Part shown: in pieces, positions 31,315 to 43,905 of the stretch | How positions within the stretch are numbered: position 1 is the first letter of the stretch | Layout: the number at the start of each line of letters is the position of its first letter | DNA from: Eledone cirrhosa | Taxonomy: Eukaryota | Assembly (NCBI GenBank): GCA_964016885.1 | Contig: OZ024740.1 | Coordinates: 345,030,001 to 345,094,000, forward strand | Reading direction: 5' to 3' | Length of the DNA stretch: 64,000 bases | Notes under the pieces: generated by a model | Told to the model about the DNA's origin: nothing | What the model saw: the letters and a program-made list of their open reading frames with translations, nothing else | Databases searched by the model: none | Translations under genes and position numbers: made by a program

Positions 31315-31924
31315 ATGGTGGCTGCCAACTCGTTTTCGAGTACGGCCACTACTTTATATCCATGTAGGAGAACCCCTACTGATGCGCTGAACGAGTGTGA
31401 CTTTTTAGTCCAGCCAGCGACTTGAAAACTCTGGTACAAAGACTACACTTGTGACAATTATTGACACATAGTGTTGGGCCCATGGTACCATGTGACGACA
31501 AGTGCAGAGAGATCTCCAGATATAAAGCAATGCCTGTGCCGTGAAGCTTTTATAGTGAGCAAAGGCACTGCACAAAGCCAGTCCCACTCTCTTAACCAAG
31601 ATGATATTTACCAAAAAGAAGAACAAGTCAACATCATTGGATACCATCAGGGTTGCAGGTGTTATATCAGAGTTTTCCTTCTCCTAGAATTCTGCCTTGA
31701 CAAAGGCTAAGGGGTCATCTCTCCCGGTGATTTTGGATGGCCATTGACTCTTAAGAGCTCCTTTACCCTTTGACAGGTTTTGTTTTTAGTCCTGCAGGAT
31801 GTCCAAAGTCACCCTCCTCACCAAGAAACCTTGGTGGGGTTGCCAGTTTAGTCGCCAACGACCCGACCATGAGACAGGTTGTACTGGGATACATGTTACC
31901 AGTAGCACCAACTGGTGACCTGAC
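31315..31924 (-). mobile_element. Non-autonomous bipartite RTE-derived element, copy 1
   Basis: Highly similar to 39862-40470 end to end; homologous to the RTE 5'UTR (51870-52105) and RTE 3' ORF end (55850-55903). Confidence 0.8.
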
Positions 31925-31938
31925 ATATATATATATAC

Positions 31939-32066
<128 letters not shown>

Positions 32067-32099
32067 ATATATATATAAGTGTGTATATATATATATGTT

Positions 32100-32156
<57 letters not shown>

Positions 32157-32244
32157 TTGTGTATGTGTGTGTTTCAGTGTGTTTGTATGTGTGTGTTTAT
32201 ATATATATATATGTATATATGTATATATATATGTTTATATATAT

Positions 32245-32440
32245 GTATAAAGGTTTTGCAACATTCTTGATGGGAAACAGATATTGTTATATTTGGGAGA
32301 GTCATGCTTCTAATAAAAGCACACGCACTATTTCTTCAGTTTATTGTATATTATTGTATTTTTCCTGTCGTTACATTCCTGTGTGTCGTTGTCACAGTGT
32401 GTCGTTGTCAAACTACTCTCCTTTTTAATCAATTATATAT
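32245..32440 (-). mobile_element. PLE pLTR terminal fragment related to family D
   Basis: GATATTGTTATATTTGGGAGAGTCATG..TAATAAAAGCACACGCAC matches 7667-7720. Confidence 0.6.
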
Positions 32441-32443
32441 ATG

Positions 32444-32492
<49 letters not shown>

Positions 32493-32688
32493 TCATATAA
32501 ATATATATATATAGTGGTAGAACACTGGAACGTACTATCCGTAGTGGTAGAGCACTCAGTCCATGGGACGAGTTAGGTAGAAGTGGTTACACAACAGTTA
32601 GTTCACCATACCGAGAACAATTGTTTCACCTTAGCGGTTCCTCAGCACGTAATGGACATGGTTATACGGAACAGGAAGGACAACCGTA

Positions 32689-32721
<33 letters not shown>

Positions 32722-32725
<4 letters not shown>

Positions 32726-33166
32726 CTTTGATAACTTTGATAACTTTGATAGGTTTCGGCCAGCATTGGCCCAGGCCATGTCTAACTGAATAGCACCACC
32801 TGGCGAAGTCTTACAAATCAGTGTTACGGCACCATGTCACACTTGAGCAGAGAGTTATTTTTTATGGAGGCATATCTGGGTGTAGGAGGCTTATCCGGGA
32901 TTTCTTGAAGAAATTTATCCAAAGACTTCTTGAACTTGATGGGGTCTGTCTCTGCTTTGATGTGTCTTGGTGTAATGTTAAAGAGTGTAGGGCCAATTGA
33001 AGTGAAATCATTGTGCCGTATTGTTGTTATGTGATGCGAGTGAGGTTTTTGTTGTGGGCGGATAGCACGGGGCCCAAGCCTTGGGTGTACACTAAAGGTG
33101 ATGGCAACATCATTTGGGCTAAGCTGATGGAATATTTTCCACATCATACAGATAATGTAGCGCTCA

Positions 33167-33170
<4 letters not shown>
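32722..33170 (-). mobile_element. CR1/L2-group LINE 3' end
   Basis: FTSIGPTLFNITPRHIK..FKKSLDKFLQEIPDKP..NNSLL C-terminus, followed by a short UTR and a 9-bp tandem tail (TATCAAAGT)x3. Confidence 0.75.
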
Positions 33171-33240
<70 letters not shown>

Positions 33241-33246
<6 letters not shown>

Positions 33247-33700
33247 ATACTTGGGGAGGGTCATATTTATGTAATATTGCCAGAATTAATAACAGTACAC
33301 ACTCACTGTTTGGTTCGTTTTCGCTTTTCGGTTCTGTGTCTTTTATATCTTTTATAAACAGACTATATAAAGATGGCGTAGAAATACAATGCAACGGGAG
33401 GAAACTATAGCACCACTGACGATGTTGCAGATGTGCAACGAAAGAACTTTGATAAACTATATATATGTGTTTGTGTCTATATTGTATCTGTATTATTTTT
33501 GACCGCTGGTCAGTCAATGGCAACATTGAGGACCGAATAAATTAGATTACCGATATAAAAGACACAGAAGCGAAAAGCGAAAACCAACCAAACAGTGAGT
33601 GTGTTCTGTTATTAATTCTGGCAATATTACACAAATATGACCCTCCCCAAGTATAACTATTTGTTTCGACACACGATTTCATATAAAAAACCTCGCAAAA
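33241..33700. mobile_element. PLE pLTR with ~110-bp inverted arms
   Basis: Arms 33244-33349 / 33552-33657; terminus GTTATACTTGGGGAGGGTCAT shared with family D. Confidence 0.75.
33412..33453 (+). ncRNA. Minimal hammerhead (family D-like)
   Basis: CA-CTGACGA-t-GTTGCA-gatg-TGCAAC-GAAA-gaac-TT-TG; stem II covaries with GTCACA/TGTGAC of family D. Confidence 0.75.
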
Positions 33701-33701
33701 C

Positions 33702-33738
<37 letters not shown>

Positions 33739-33855
33739 GTATATATTATATATATATATCTATATATATATACATACACACACATATATATATATGTATG
33801 CATTAAATAAATATATATATACACATATATATAGGTAATTATATATATATATATA

Positions 33856-33894
<39 letters not shown>

Positions 33895-34535
33895 CCTAAT
33901 ACACACAAATCGACAGACAGAACACGATTATACTTACAATATATACACACATACACACACAAAAAAGAAAACAACTCTGAATATGGTCTTTGAAATTCGT
34001 GAGCTGCTACAGTGATAAACAGCCACAAGCTAGATATCTTTAAATACCGACATGGCTTCAACTGGCACCAGGAATCTGAAAATCTGTTTATAATTCCATT
34101 TTCTTGTTCTGTTTTTACAGTCGACAGTCTGTTGAATGAGGTATGGATCTATTAAAAGTTCGCTGTTTCTGTCATGAAAATCCTTTATGATTTCTGGTAT
34201 TAACATCGACACGTAAAGAAAATGGTTTCAGTCTGCCTGCAAAGACATTAAGATGACCTTGAATATGTTCGAAACGAACTGAACACGACACAACGTGTAG
34301 GTGTACTAACCCATATAAACTAACCACATACACGCATCCCATGAGCCAAGCACATTAGCTCTCAGGCACACATATTTGTAAATTCAAAGACAGAGCAATA
34401 TGCATGCAGAGTGTTGAAAAAATACTCCCAACTTCCACGTTATGTATTGATTGCCCTGTTTAGCTTCTCATCATAATTGTATTCTTCCATATACACACAC
34501 ACACACATGCACACACACACACGCACGCACACACG

Positions 34536-34569
<34 letters not shown>

Positions 34570-36290
34570 CGCATATATGTGCGTGTGTGTGTGTTTATAT
34601 ATACATATATATATACATATATATATATATATAAGTTTATCCCGGGTTCAATCGGGGTTAACCACAGTAAGTAAGGTACTCAATACATAGCAGAGTATAA
34701 ATATTTAATATAGAAATGGTTTCTATAGGACTAGAACTGTTTCATTCGGGAGAACCTCCCGAAAAAATCAGGTGTGTGTGTGTGTGTGATGTTTATGGAC
34801 GAGCGTATGATTACTCGATACCGATGTAGATTTAGAATAGTCTTCACTATGGCTAAGTGATGAGGCTTGTTACTCTGCAATTTCTTCCGTGTAATCACAA
34901 CATCATAATCACGTTTTCACGCACACACATACCCACACGCATACACGTACACTCACACAGACACACACACGCGCATATTCCAGAACATACGTTGAAAAGA
35001 CAAGATGGATTAGAATAAAGCAAACAGGAGACAGAGTAACAAGAATATTCGCTGAGGAGGTCACAATGTATATGCCGAAAGAGCTTTTACAATTATCAAT
35101 TAAACAAACTCCAGGTAACTAATTACCTGATGAATGGATTAGTTACTCAACTAATATCATTAAAAAGTTGAAGTAACTTGATTTGTGTTTGTATTGTATT
35201 GGATGAGTGTGAATTTGTGCATTCGTGTGTGTACAACTAATTCTCTTAATGACCTTAACTTGACCATTAATATATCTAGAACTAAATAATGCTATGAACG
35301 AACTCAAGAAAACGGAAACCAAAACATACAAAACACATGCCACGCATAGAAACATTAAAATCACACAAGTTCAGGAATAACTTATCAAACCCTCCCGAGA
35401 GTCACCAGGCAGCAGCCGCCGTACTCATGTTTGTGAGTGTCTGTGTGTGTATGTGAGAGAGAAAGAATGTGGGTTTGAGTGTGTATGTGTGTGTGTGTGT
35501 GTGCAAGAGTGTGTGTGTGTGTGTATGTGTGTGTTGCTGTGTAATGTGTCTCTGCGTGTGTTTGTGCTTGAGATTATATAGGAACATTTTTGAAGAAGAG
35601 CCTGGTTCGGCGAAATTTCGAACATACTTTTACTTAATATATTTATGTGTGAGAGAAATGGGGGCGAGGAACAAGCATCTGAGTGTACGTGCAGTCATAT
35701 GAAACAACCATACCCGTTGAACAAAAGCGCCAAAACTGAGAGACATCTATTTATTGAGTGCAAAGCCCGTTTTTTTAACAACGCTATACAACGAAGTTCA
35801 ACTTGACGCTTCTTAAATGAGAATGGCATGTAGCCAATTCGGCCTTCGATTTTTCTTAGATTTCTACATCGGTTATTTCTTTCTTTTCCAATTCTTCTAT
35901 CTTTTAAACACTTATAACTCTGATTCGGTGTTTTCTTTGTGGTCATTTGTTTATTTATCCATTGAACTATTCAATATTTGTCACATTATGTTTTGGTTTC
36001 TTTACACACACACCCACACACACACGCGCGCGCGCGGGCGCGCACATACACTTACACACCGTAGATACAAATATTATGTTTCAGTGTAGATATCATTATA
36101 AAACGTTTATCCATTTCTGTTCAGTATTTCGAATCGTCCACGAAACATTGTATTTCCTTTTCCGACAGATTCATAATTTAGTGACACCCCTCTAATATGG
36201 GGTTCTCCCTTTTGTTGCCTATGTTTCCTGATTCTTTCACAGTGACTTTCGGTTCTGAGGGGTGTATTTTTGTTCAGTTGGGAAATTACC

Positions 36291-36340
<50 letters not shown>

Positions 36341-36589
36341 GTATGTATACTTATATATATAATCAATATACAATTATAAATACGAAAGGGTGATACTGTT
36401 AATAATGATGTATCTTAATGAATGTTCTAAAGACTAGGAATATAATTACTTGTTTAAACATTGTGTATGCTCCGATGATGCCAGACAGTTTTCTGGAAGA
36501 AACGGTCGTCACCAATTATATGGATTAAACAAACATTTGATTGTTTTATATGTTGTATATCAGATCAGATCAGATCATTTTTACGTTCG

Positions 36590-36815
36590 CTTTTCCCTGC
36601 TTTCAAGGGTGGGACGGGAACTGATTTTGGCTCGATTTCTACAGTTGAATGCCCTTACTAACACCAACCTCATTTACAGTGAGTAATGGGTGCTTTTTTG
36701 ACGTGGCACCGCCACGACCACTTCGCAGTGGAATGATAGGGATCCCAGTCCCTATCATTTCTACAGCTGAGTAAACTGGAGCATTGTGAAATAAAGTGTC
36801 TTGCCCAAGGAAACA
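36590..36815 (-). mobile_element. SINE fragments (family 2-like)
   Basis: TACAGCTGAGTAAACTGGAGC..TGTGAAATAAAGTGTCTTGCCCAAGGAAACAAC is related to 60500-60560 in reverse orientation. Confidence 0.55.
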
Positions 36816-36827
36816 ACACACACACAC

Positions 36828-36863
<36 letters not shown>

Positions 36864-36981
36864 CTGTGTGTGTGTGAGTCCCGGGTTCAATCGAGGGAAG
36901 CTACAGTAAATAAGATAATCAATACATTACTAATTTGTATTTAACAAATTCAATATTGAAATGGCTTCTAAAGGACAAGAA

Positions 36982-37028
36982 CGTTCTGATGATTTCCTTC
37001 GAAAGAAACAGTTCTAGCCCAGTAGAAG
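36982..37028 (+). ncRNA. Degenerate family C hammerhead
   Basis: CTGATGA-TTTC-cttc-GAAA-GAAA-CAG-ttctagcc-CAG-TA. Confidence 0.55.
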
Positions 37029-37589
37029 TCATATACATATATATGATCCATATGTAAATTGTGAGGTGACCATTGCCCAAAACGGTACTCAATATGTTAG
37101 TAGAATGAAGGGGTATTCATTTTGATTTAGAAATGACAACTACAGAACAAGTACAGTTTCATTCGCAAGAAATCATCCGGAAAATCAGATTATGTTTGTC
37201 TCCTTCAGTATTTATTGTTTCATTGGAAAGGATGTTGGGAATGGGGAATAAAGGCGGAAGGTTAGATAGTGGGGGAGAGATAGAGATGGATGTGGTGTAG
37301 TAGGCGATGGAGTTAGGATGAAGTAGATGGTAGGTAAGGTAGAATGAAGACGAGGAGGAGGGTGAGGGGGAGAAGAAGAAGAAGAAGAAGAAGAAGAAGA
37401 AGAAGAAGAAGAAGAAGAAGAAGAAGAAGAAAGCAAAATTAAGTAATGAAAAAAAACAAACAACGGTGAAAATTTAAACGAGTGCGGAGAAAGCTATATA
37501 GGAATATAGAAGAAAGGACTAGATGTTAAAAAAAGAAGCGAACGAGCGAGGATAATTAGGTAACGGGGAAAGAAAGGAAGGCGAGATAC

Positions 37590-38430
37590 TCTGTGCCTAG
37601 ATCGGGTCAGTTTCAGCTGTTTCTGCACATTGCAGTCAAAGGTGTTTCCGGGGACATTGTCCAGTGACACCGGCTGCAATGGAACCCCCACCTCGACCGG
37701 CTGATTCCTCTGACGTGCTGCTGCGTTTCCGATTTTAAGGAAAATCTCGGCTCTATAAGGTCCGAGGATGCCTGAGGTCTCGACGGCGGCCGGTACTAAG
37801 AGGAAACGACCGAACAAACACCAGTATATGCTTGTCTTCCTCCTCTTTACATTGCGGGCCGCGGTACCAGGGTTTGTGGCCGAAGCGTCTAAGTTGGTGA
37901 TTTACCTCCTTTGAATGGAACGAGGGTAATTCCGTTGGGGTGCCTGCCGTCTCCAAGTGCACTCGTCATTAACAAGGGTACCGTTTGTTGAGGAGGGTAC
38001 CGAATTGCACCACGCACCGCTGTTTAGCTATGAAGTTGATCGGAGGCAGGAGAGGCGGTGTTTGTTCAATTCAGGCTCTATCCGCCTAAAGGAAGAATCT
38101 GCACTTGATATATCCCTATTAATTTGGACATTTGTATACTGGGGAACAGAGAGGCCTTTGCCGATCTAATCGACCAGACCCTGCCCCAGTTCTGGGACCA
38201 CATCAGGATTCGGCCGTGTTGCTGAGGATCTCGTTGCTGAGTTTGAGTTGAAGAAGGCCTGCAGCGCTCAGATCCTAAACGCGAGGTGGGCCGAGGCCAC
38301 CGAATTTTACTGGGAGTTTCACCAGCGGTCGAAATTAACATTATAGATGAGTTCTGCACAGCGTAAGATTTTGGCGTTAAGTACACTGAGGTGATCTGGA
38401 TGAGGGTGACATGGCACAGCGCGCATCGTG
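37590..38430 (-). mobile_element. CRE-clade-like non-LTR retrotransposon remnant (restriction-like endonuclease end)
   Basis: SGAWCNSVPSSTNGT and FLLVPAAVETSGILGP..IG..RQRNQPVE..LQPVSL..GN motifs. Confidence 0.7.
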
Positions 38431-38459
38431 AATAAGAATATATATATACATATATATAC

Positions 38460-38810
38460 ATTTAGGTTTCTTGGTTCACAACTGGATAGAACTGGTCATT
38501 CCGTATGGTCAACCTCGATGTAATAATAGGGAGAGCACTCGACGTAATGCAACTCACCCGTATTCGTTTGTGTGGTTAGTAGTGCGAATACGGAATTAAA
38601 AATTATAAAATAACAGGAGGCTGGACTGATGTAATTCCTTAGAGGTGTATTATACTATGAATATTTCAATGACCGGGTTCAGTATGAATTCGGTGATATC
38701 ATCAGATTTTCGAAATTTAACAAATGAATATAACCCATGGGGCTGAAAAAGCAGAGAGACAAGAAGGAGGCCACACATTTAGCAGTTTCTAGTTCGGTCG
38801 GCCGCATTCA
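38460..38810 (-). mobile_element. pLTR fragment with hammerhead (38652-38709), homolog of 1660-2200
   Basis: Minus strand CTGATGA-TATCACCGAATTCATACTGAACCCGGTCATT-GAAA. Confidence 0.65.
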
Positions 38811-38858
<48 letters not shown>

Positions 38859-39154
38859 AAACGTTTGTATATGTATAATAAAGCCAAAACAATGCAGGTA
38901 TAGACATAAAATAAAGAATGCAAATGCAAAAGATATTGTTGACAATTAGTCTTTTACGTTAGATTTATTTAAATGTCCTTAATTTTCGAGATAATATCTC
39001 TTCTGCGGAGGGAAGTAAAACGGTTAAACCAGTGTTCTAAATAGCTTGACAAGTGATGCTAACCTCCTCCATAATATTTGTATGTATCCAATATATATAT
39101 ATATGTATACCTCCTTGTGGTTAATAAAGAAACCATTATTATAATATATATATT

Positions 39155-39342
39155 AGGTGGTTTGGCAGTATCGGTAGAGGGTCGGACAACATGCTTTGTA
39201 GTACAGAGTTACGCCCCTTTCTGATCCGAGTTCAAATCCTGCCGAGGTTAACTTTGCCTTTCATCCTTTCGGGGTCGATAAAATAAAGTACCAGTAATGT
39301 ACTGGGTAATTGCTGGCCTTGTGCCAAAAAGTAGAAACAGTT
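39155..39342 (+). mobile_element. SINE family 1, near full length
   Basis: A box TGGCAGTATCGGTAGAG, B box GAGTTCAAATCC, conserved body and tail. Confidence 0.85.
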
Positions 39343-39382
39343 ATAATATATATATATATATATAAGTCTTAATATAGATGAG

Positions 39383-39430
39383 TTTCTACAGGACTAGAAC
39401 TGTTTCATTCTTTAGAATTCATCAGGAATT
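39383..39430 (-). ncRNA. Family C hammerhead, best preserved copy
   Basis: TTC-CTGATGA-ATTC-taaa-GAAT-GAAA-CAG-ttCTAGtc-CTG-TA-GAA; all three stems pair; GUA cleavage triplet. Confidence 0.85.
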
Positions 39431-39730
39431 TGGCTTTCCAAAAATAAATGTTGTGGTATTTATATCTTTTCAGGTGGTAGGAGAGGGTGGGGAGTGGGAT
39501 GGGTGGAAGTCATTGGTTGAAAGAAAAGGGAATTCATTAATTCATGTATATATGTATATATGTATATATATGTGTATATGTGTATATATATATATGTATG
39601 TATATGTATTTATATAAGTATATATATATGTGAGTGTGTATGTATATATGTATGTGTGTGTGTATGTATATATATATATATATACATATATATGTATATG
39701 TATGTGTATATATATGTGTATATATGTATG

Positions 39731-39788
<58 letters not shown>

Positions 39789-39861
39789 CATACATATATA
39801 CACATATATATACACATACATATACATATATATGTATATATATATGTATATATATATATAT

Positions 39862-40470
39862 GTCAGGTCACCATTTGGTGCTACTGATAATATGTATCCC
39901 AGTACAACCTGTCCCATGGTCGGGTCGTTGGCTACTAAACTGGCAACCCCACCAAGGTTTCTTGGTGAGGAGGGTGACTTTGGACATCCTGCAGGAGTAA
40001 AAACAAAATCTGTCAAAGGACATAGGAGCTCTTAAGAGTCAATGGCCATCCAAAATCACCGGGAGAGATGACCCCTTAGCCTTTTGTCAAGGCAGAATTC
40101 TAAGAGAAGGAAAACTCTGATATAACACCTGCAACCTTGATGGTATCCAATGATGTTGACATGTTCTTCTTTTTTGGTAAATATCATCTTGGTTAAGAGA
40201 GTGGGACTGGCTTTGTGCAGTGTCTTTGCTCACTATAAAAGCTTCACGGCACAGGCTTGCTTCATATCTGGAGATATCTCTGCACTCATCGTCACATGGT
40301 ACCGTGGGCCCAGCACTATGTGTCAATAATTGTCACAAGGGTAGTGTTTGTACCATAGTTTTTAAGTCGTTTGCTGGACTAAAATGTCACTCGTTCAGCG
40401 CACCGGTAGGGCTACTCCTACATGGATATAAAGTAGTGGCCGTACTCGAAAACGAGTTGGCAGCCACCAT
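39862..40470 (+). mobile_element. Non-autonomous bipartite RTE-derived element, copy 2
   Basis: See copy 1; zinc-finger remnant CTIVFKSFAGLKCH near the 3' end; (TA)n flanks. Confidence 0.8.
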
Positions 40471-40674
40471 ATATGTATATATATATATATATAAGAACAA
40501 AAGATGGTTAAAAGAGTTCCATGTAACTCTTTTAACCATTTTTAACCATCTTTTGTTCTTATATATTATGTATACTCCAGTCCTACAAACTGTAGAGTGC
40601 TTCTCATCCGATATCTGCATTGCTTTATTGTACTACAATAAAACTCACCTCCTACATTATATATATATATATAA

Positions 40675-40733
<59 letters not shown>

Positions 40734-40735
<2 letters not shown>

Positions 40736-41216
40736 AATATAAATTACCGAGAATCGTATTTCAGCTCAGGAATTAACGAAAATCAACGTCCGATATTTGT
40801 GGCAAGCGCTCGATGATTCATGTGAATCAGAGCTACAACATACGTTAAGGGCCAAACACACTGAGATGATGGTTAAACATATCATCCGCACAGCCAAAAC
40901 AAACGACCAATTAATATGGGTCAAACAACAAAAATATATGTGTTGATACTTTCCCGGACCCTGGACTGATGGTAAAATCCAGTATTGGTTTTCTGCGACT
41001 CCAAAATCAGGTACTGTCCGCCTACATAAAGAATGTTGGGCTTCTGGTAAGATGATTGAACAAGGAAGTCGTGTTATCAACGGGTTTTGCTCCAAAATGC
41101 TATAGATAAGTGTGGCTATTACTGACCCCACGTGGGGTTCAGCAAGGGAGGCAACACCTCTATTAGGCGAATGATTCAGTTGTGTATAATATTGCGAGAA
41201 TGCAAAATATCACAAT
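40734..41216 (+). repeat. Unclassified interspersed repeat (family A)
   Basis: Clear homolog of the 581-bp tandem unit at 63031-64000. Confidence 0.75.
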
Positions 41217-41322
41217 ATATATATATATATTTGTGTTTGTGTTTATGTATATTGTATATGTGTATATATGTGTATTTCTGTAGATGTGTTTGTATATGTT
41301 TATATATGCGTATATTTATGTG

Positions 41323-41441
<119 letters not shown>

Positions 41442-41449
41442 ATATATAT

Positions 41450-41584
41450 ACAATATGTTGAAAAGGTAACACACCAGAGAGAGATATACACTGCGCTATC
41501 AATAAAACAGGGGAAAAACCCCCAGTGTATTTGATAGCGCACTGTATATCTCTCTCTGGTGTGTTACCTTTTCAATATATTGTA
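41450..41584. repeat. ~55-bp-arm palindrome next to (TA)n
   Basis: ACAATATGTTGAAAAGGTAACACACCAGAGAGAGATATACA and its reverse complement. Confidence 0.85.
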
Positions 41585-41665
41585 TTTTAAAGAGCTCAGG
41601 ATTTCTTCTCCTTTGAGCACATTATTTACAGGGAATGGCGAGGGCCTATGGCTCCGTTAATTTAT

Positions 41666-41721
<56 letters not shown>

Positions 41722-41808
41722 TTGTGTATATATATATATATGTGTGTATATATTTGTATGTGTGTATGTATATATATATATATATATATGTGTGTGTATA
41801 TGTTTGTA

Positions 41809-41847
<39 letters not shown>

Positions 41848-41922
41848 TTATATATATATATATGTGTGTGTGTGTGTATATATCTATATATATATATCTA
41901 TATATGTGTGTGTGTGTGTGTG

Positions 41923-41962
<40 letters not shown>

Positions 41963-42378
41963 TATCTGTTGATACCTGGAATATAGCTTCAGAGAAATAT
42001 GACAATAATGATATGATAGGCACCATATATTACGAAATGGTTTATAGAATTCTCTTGGCCTTCGTCACTCTAAGTAGAGCTTTAAAGAATTAGATTATAA
42101 AGAATTTCCCTTTTCTTTAAATGCATCAACCATCTTATAGACACCTGAAGTATAGGCATTGTTAGCTTAAGAGAAACTTAAAAATAAGGAGTGGCACCCT
42201 ATTCTGAACTTGTTTATAGAATTATTTCCGCCTTTGTCACTCTACATATAAATTATAGCCTTAAAGCTTTTAATGAATTCCCTTTTCTTTCAACCAATGA
42301 CCTCCACCCATCCCACTCCCCACCCTCTCCTAACACCTGAAAAGATATAAATGCCACAACATTTATTTTTGAAAAGCC

Positions 42379-42429
42379 AGATTGCTGATGATTTCTGAAG
42401 AATGAAACAGTTCTAGTCCTGTAGAATCT
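42379..42429 (+). ncRNA. Family C hammerhead within a longer pLTR (about 41970-42515)
   Basis: AGATTg-CTGATGA-TTTC-tgaa-GAAT-GAAA-CAG..CTG-TA-gAATCT. Confidence 0.8.
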
Positions 42430-42529
42430 CATCTATATTAAAACTTTTATACTCTGCTATGTATTTTTACCTTACTTACTGTGGTTACCTCCGATTCAAC
42501 CCGGAATATCTTGCCTATATATATATATA

Positions 42530-43525
42530 ATTATATATAGTAATAATAATAAAATTGAAGACTAAAATCCAAAGAGTGCTCGATAAGGATAAATATATAT
42601 CAAATATATAAGAACCATAGAGCAAATATTTATTAAATAACAGATTAAAGTTTAAGCAAATAATCGCTGCTTTCACCCTTAACAGGATCTTCTGAAACTA
42701 ACAAAGTCAATCTGTAAACGCAGAACTGGATATTTCAAAAACGTTGCAACCGGAGGAAGACGGGAAGACGATACTTTGAAACGTTAGCAATGCTGGGTTC
42801 CACGGGGGGTTATTATAGGTTTTAAATCCAAATTTATCCTGTTTGTTGTCTGTTTTTCGCGGATTATCGAAATAAAAGGCACGCCAACGCAACCTTTTAA
42901 TGAACGCGTCTGTTTTCTGTATCAGGAGTTTTAGGTATGTTTTCCTGCTTGGTACGGGTATGTTCTTTGTAGAAATATTCAGATATTGTTTCTGCATGAT
43001 GAATATAAGTCAGTAGAGTGCTCAACCGAGGGAGCCAAATAGTAATAAAAATAAAATTGAAGACTAAAATCCAAAGAGGGCTCGATAAGGATAAATATAT
43101 ATCAAATATATAAGAACCGTAGAGCAAATATTTATTAATTAACAGATTAAAGTTTAAGCAAAGAATTGATGCTTTCACCCTTAACGGGATCTTCTGAAAC
43201 TAACAAAGTCAATCTGTAAACGCAGAACTGGATATTTCAAAAAACGTTGCACCCGGAGGAAGACAGGAAGACGATACTTTGGTTCGTGGAAACGTTAGCA
43301 ATGCTGGGTTCCACGGGGGGTTATTATAGGTTTTAAATCCAAATTTATCCTGTTTATTGTCTGCTTTTCGCGGATTATCGAAATAAAAGGCACGCCAACG
43401 CAACCTTTTAATGAACGCGTCTTTTTCTGTATCAGGAGTTTTAGGTATGTTTTCCTGCTTGGTACGGGTATGTTCTTTGTAGAAATATTCAGATATTGTT
43501 TCTGCATGATGAATATAAGTCAAAT
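42530..43525 (-). mobile_element. Tandem dimer of an internally deleted PLE (502-bp unit)
   Basis: Each unit has the PLE ORF N-terminus MQKQYLNISTKNIPVPSRKTYLKLLIQKTDAFIKRLRWRAF..FGFKTYNNPP fused to pLTR with a hammerhead-like motif (42649-42699, 43151-43201). Confidence 0.8.
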
Positions 43526-43536
43526 AAATATATAAT

Positions 43537-43557
<21 letters not shown>

Positions 43558-43569
<12 letters not shown>

Positions 43570-43812
43570 TTAGCTTTCACCGTATTTTTGACTAAAGGAA
43601 TTTTAGCCTGATAATGGGGTTTAGAACCCTCAGATAAATGGAAAAAGATGAGTATTGACGTACAGAACCCTCAGATAAATGGAAAAAGATGAGTATTGAC
43701 GTACATGTACGTCAATACTCATCTTTTTCCATTTATCTGAGGGTTCTAAACCCCATTATCAGGCTAACATTCCTTTAGTCAAAAATACGGTGAAAGCTAT
43801 ATATTTTCTAAT
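43558..43812. repeat. Palindrome (axis ~43705) with a 41-bp direct duplication in the left arm
   Basis: Centre GACGTACATGTACGTC; AGAACCCTCAGATAAATGGAAAAAGATGAGTATTGACGTAC duplicated. Confidence 0.85.
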
Positions 43813-43849
43813 TTCAAACCTGCTCACTGTTTCAAAACATACTTACTTA

Positions 43850-43904
<55 letters not shown>

Positions 43905-43905
<1 letters not shown>

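Noticed and set aside
40743-41174. Long nearly open plus-strand frame in family A
   Set aside because: It has two internal stops, and the 63-kb copies carry frame-breaking indels; no recognisable domain.
41120-41180. HDV-like ribozyme look-alike (CCACGT ... GGCAACA..GGCGAATG) in family A
   Set aside because: P1, P2 and P3 pairings cannot be built; CCCCACGTGGGG is a simple palindrome and family B lacks the J4/2 word.
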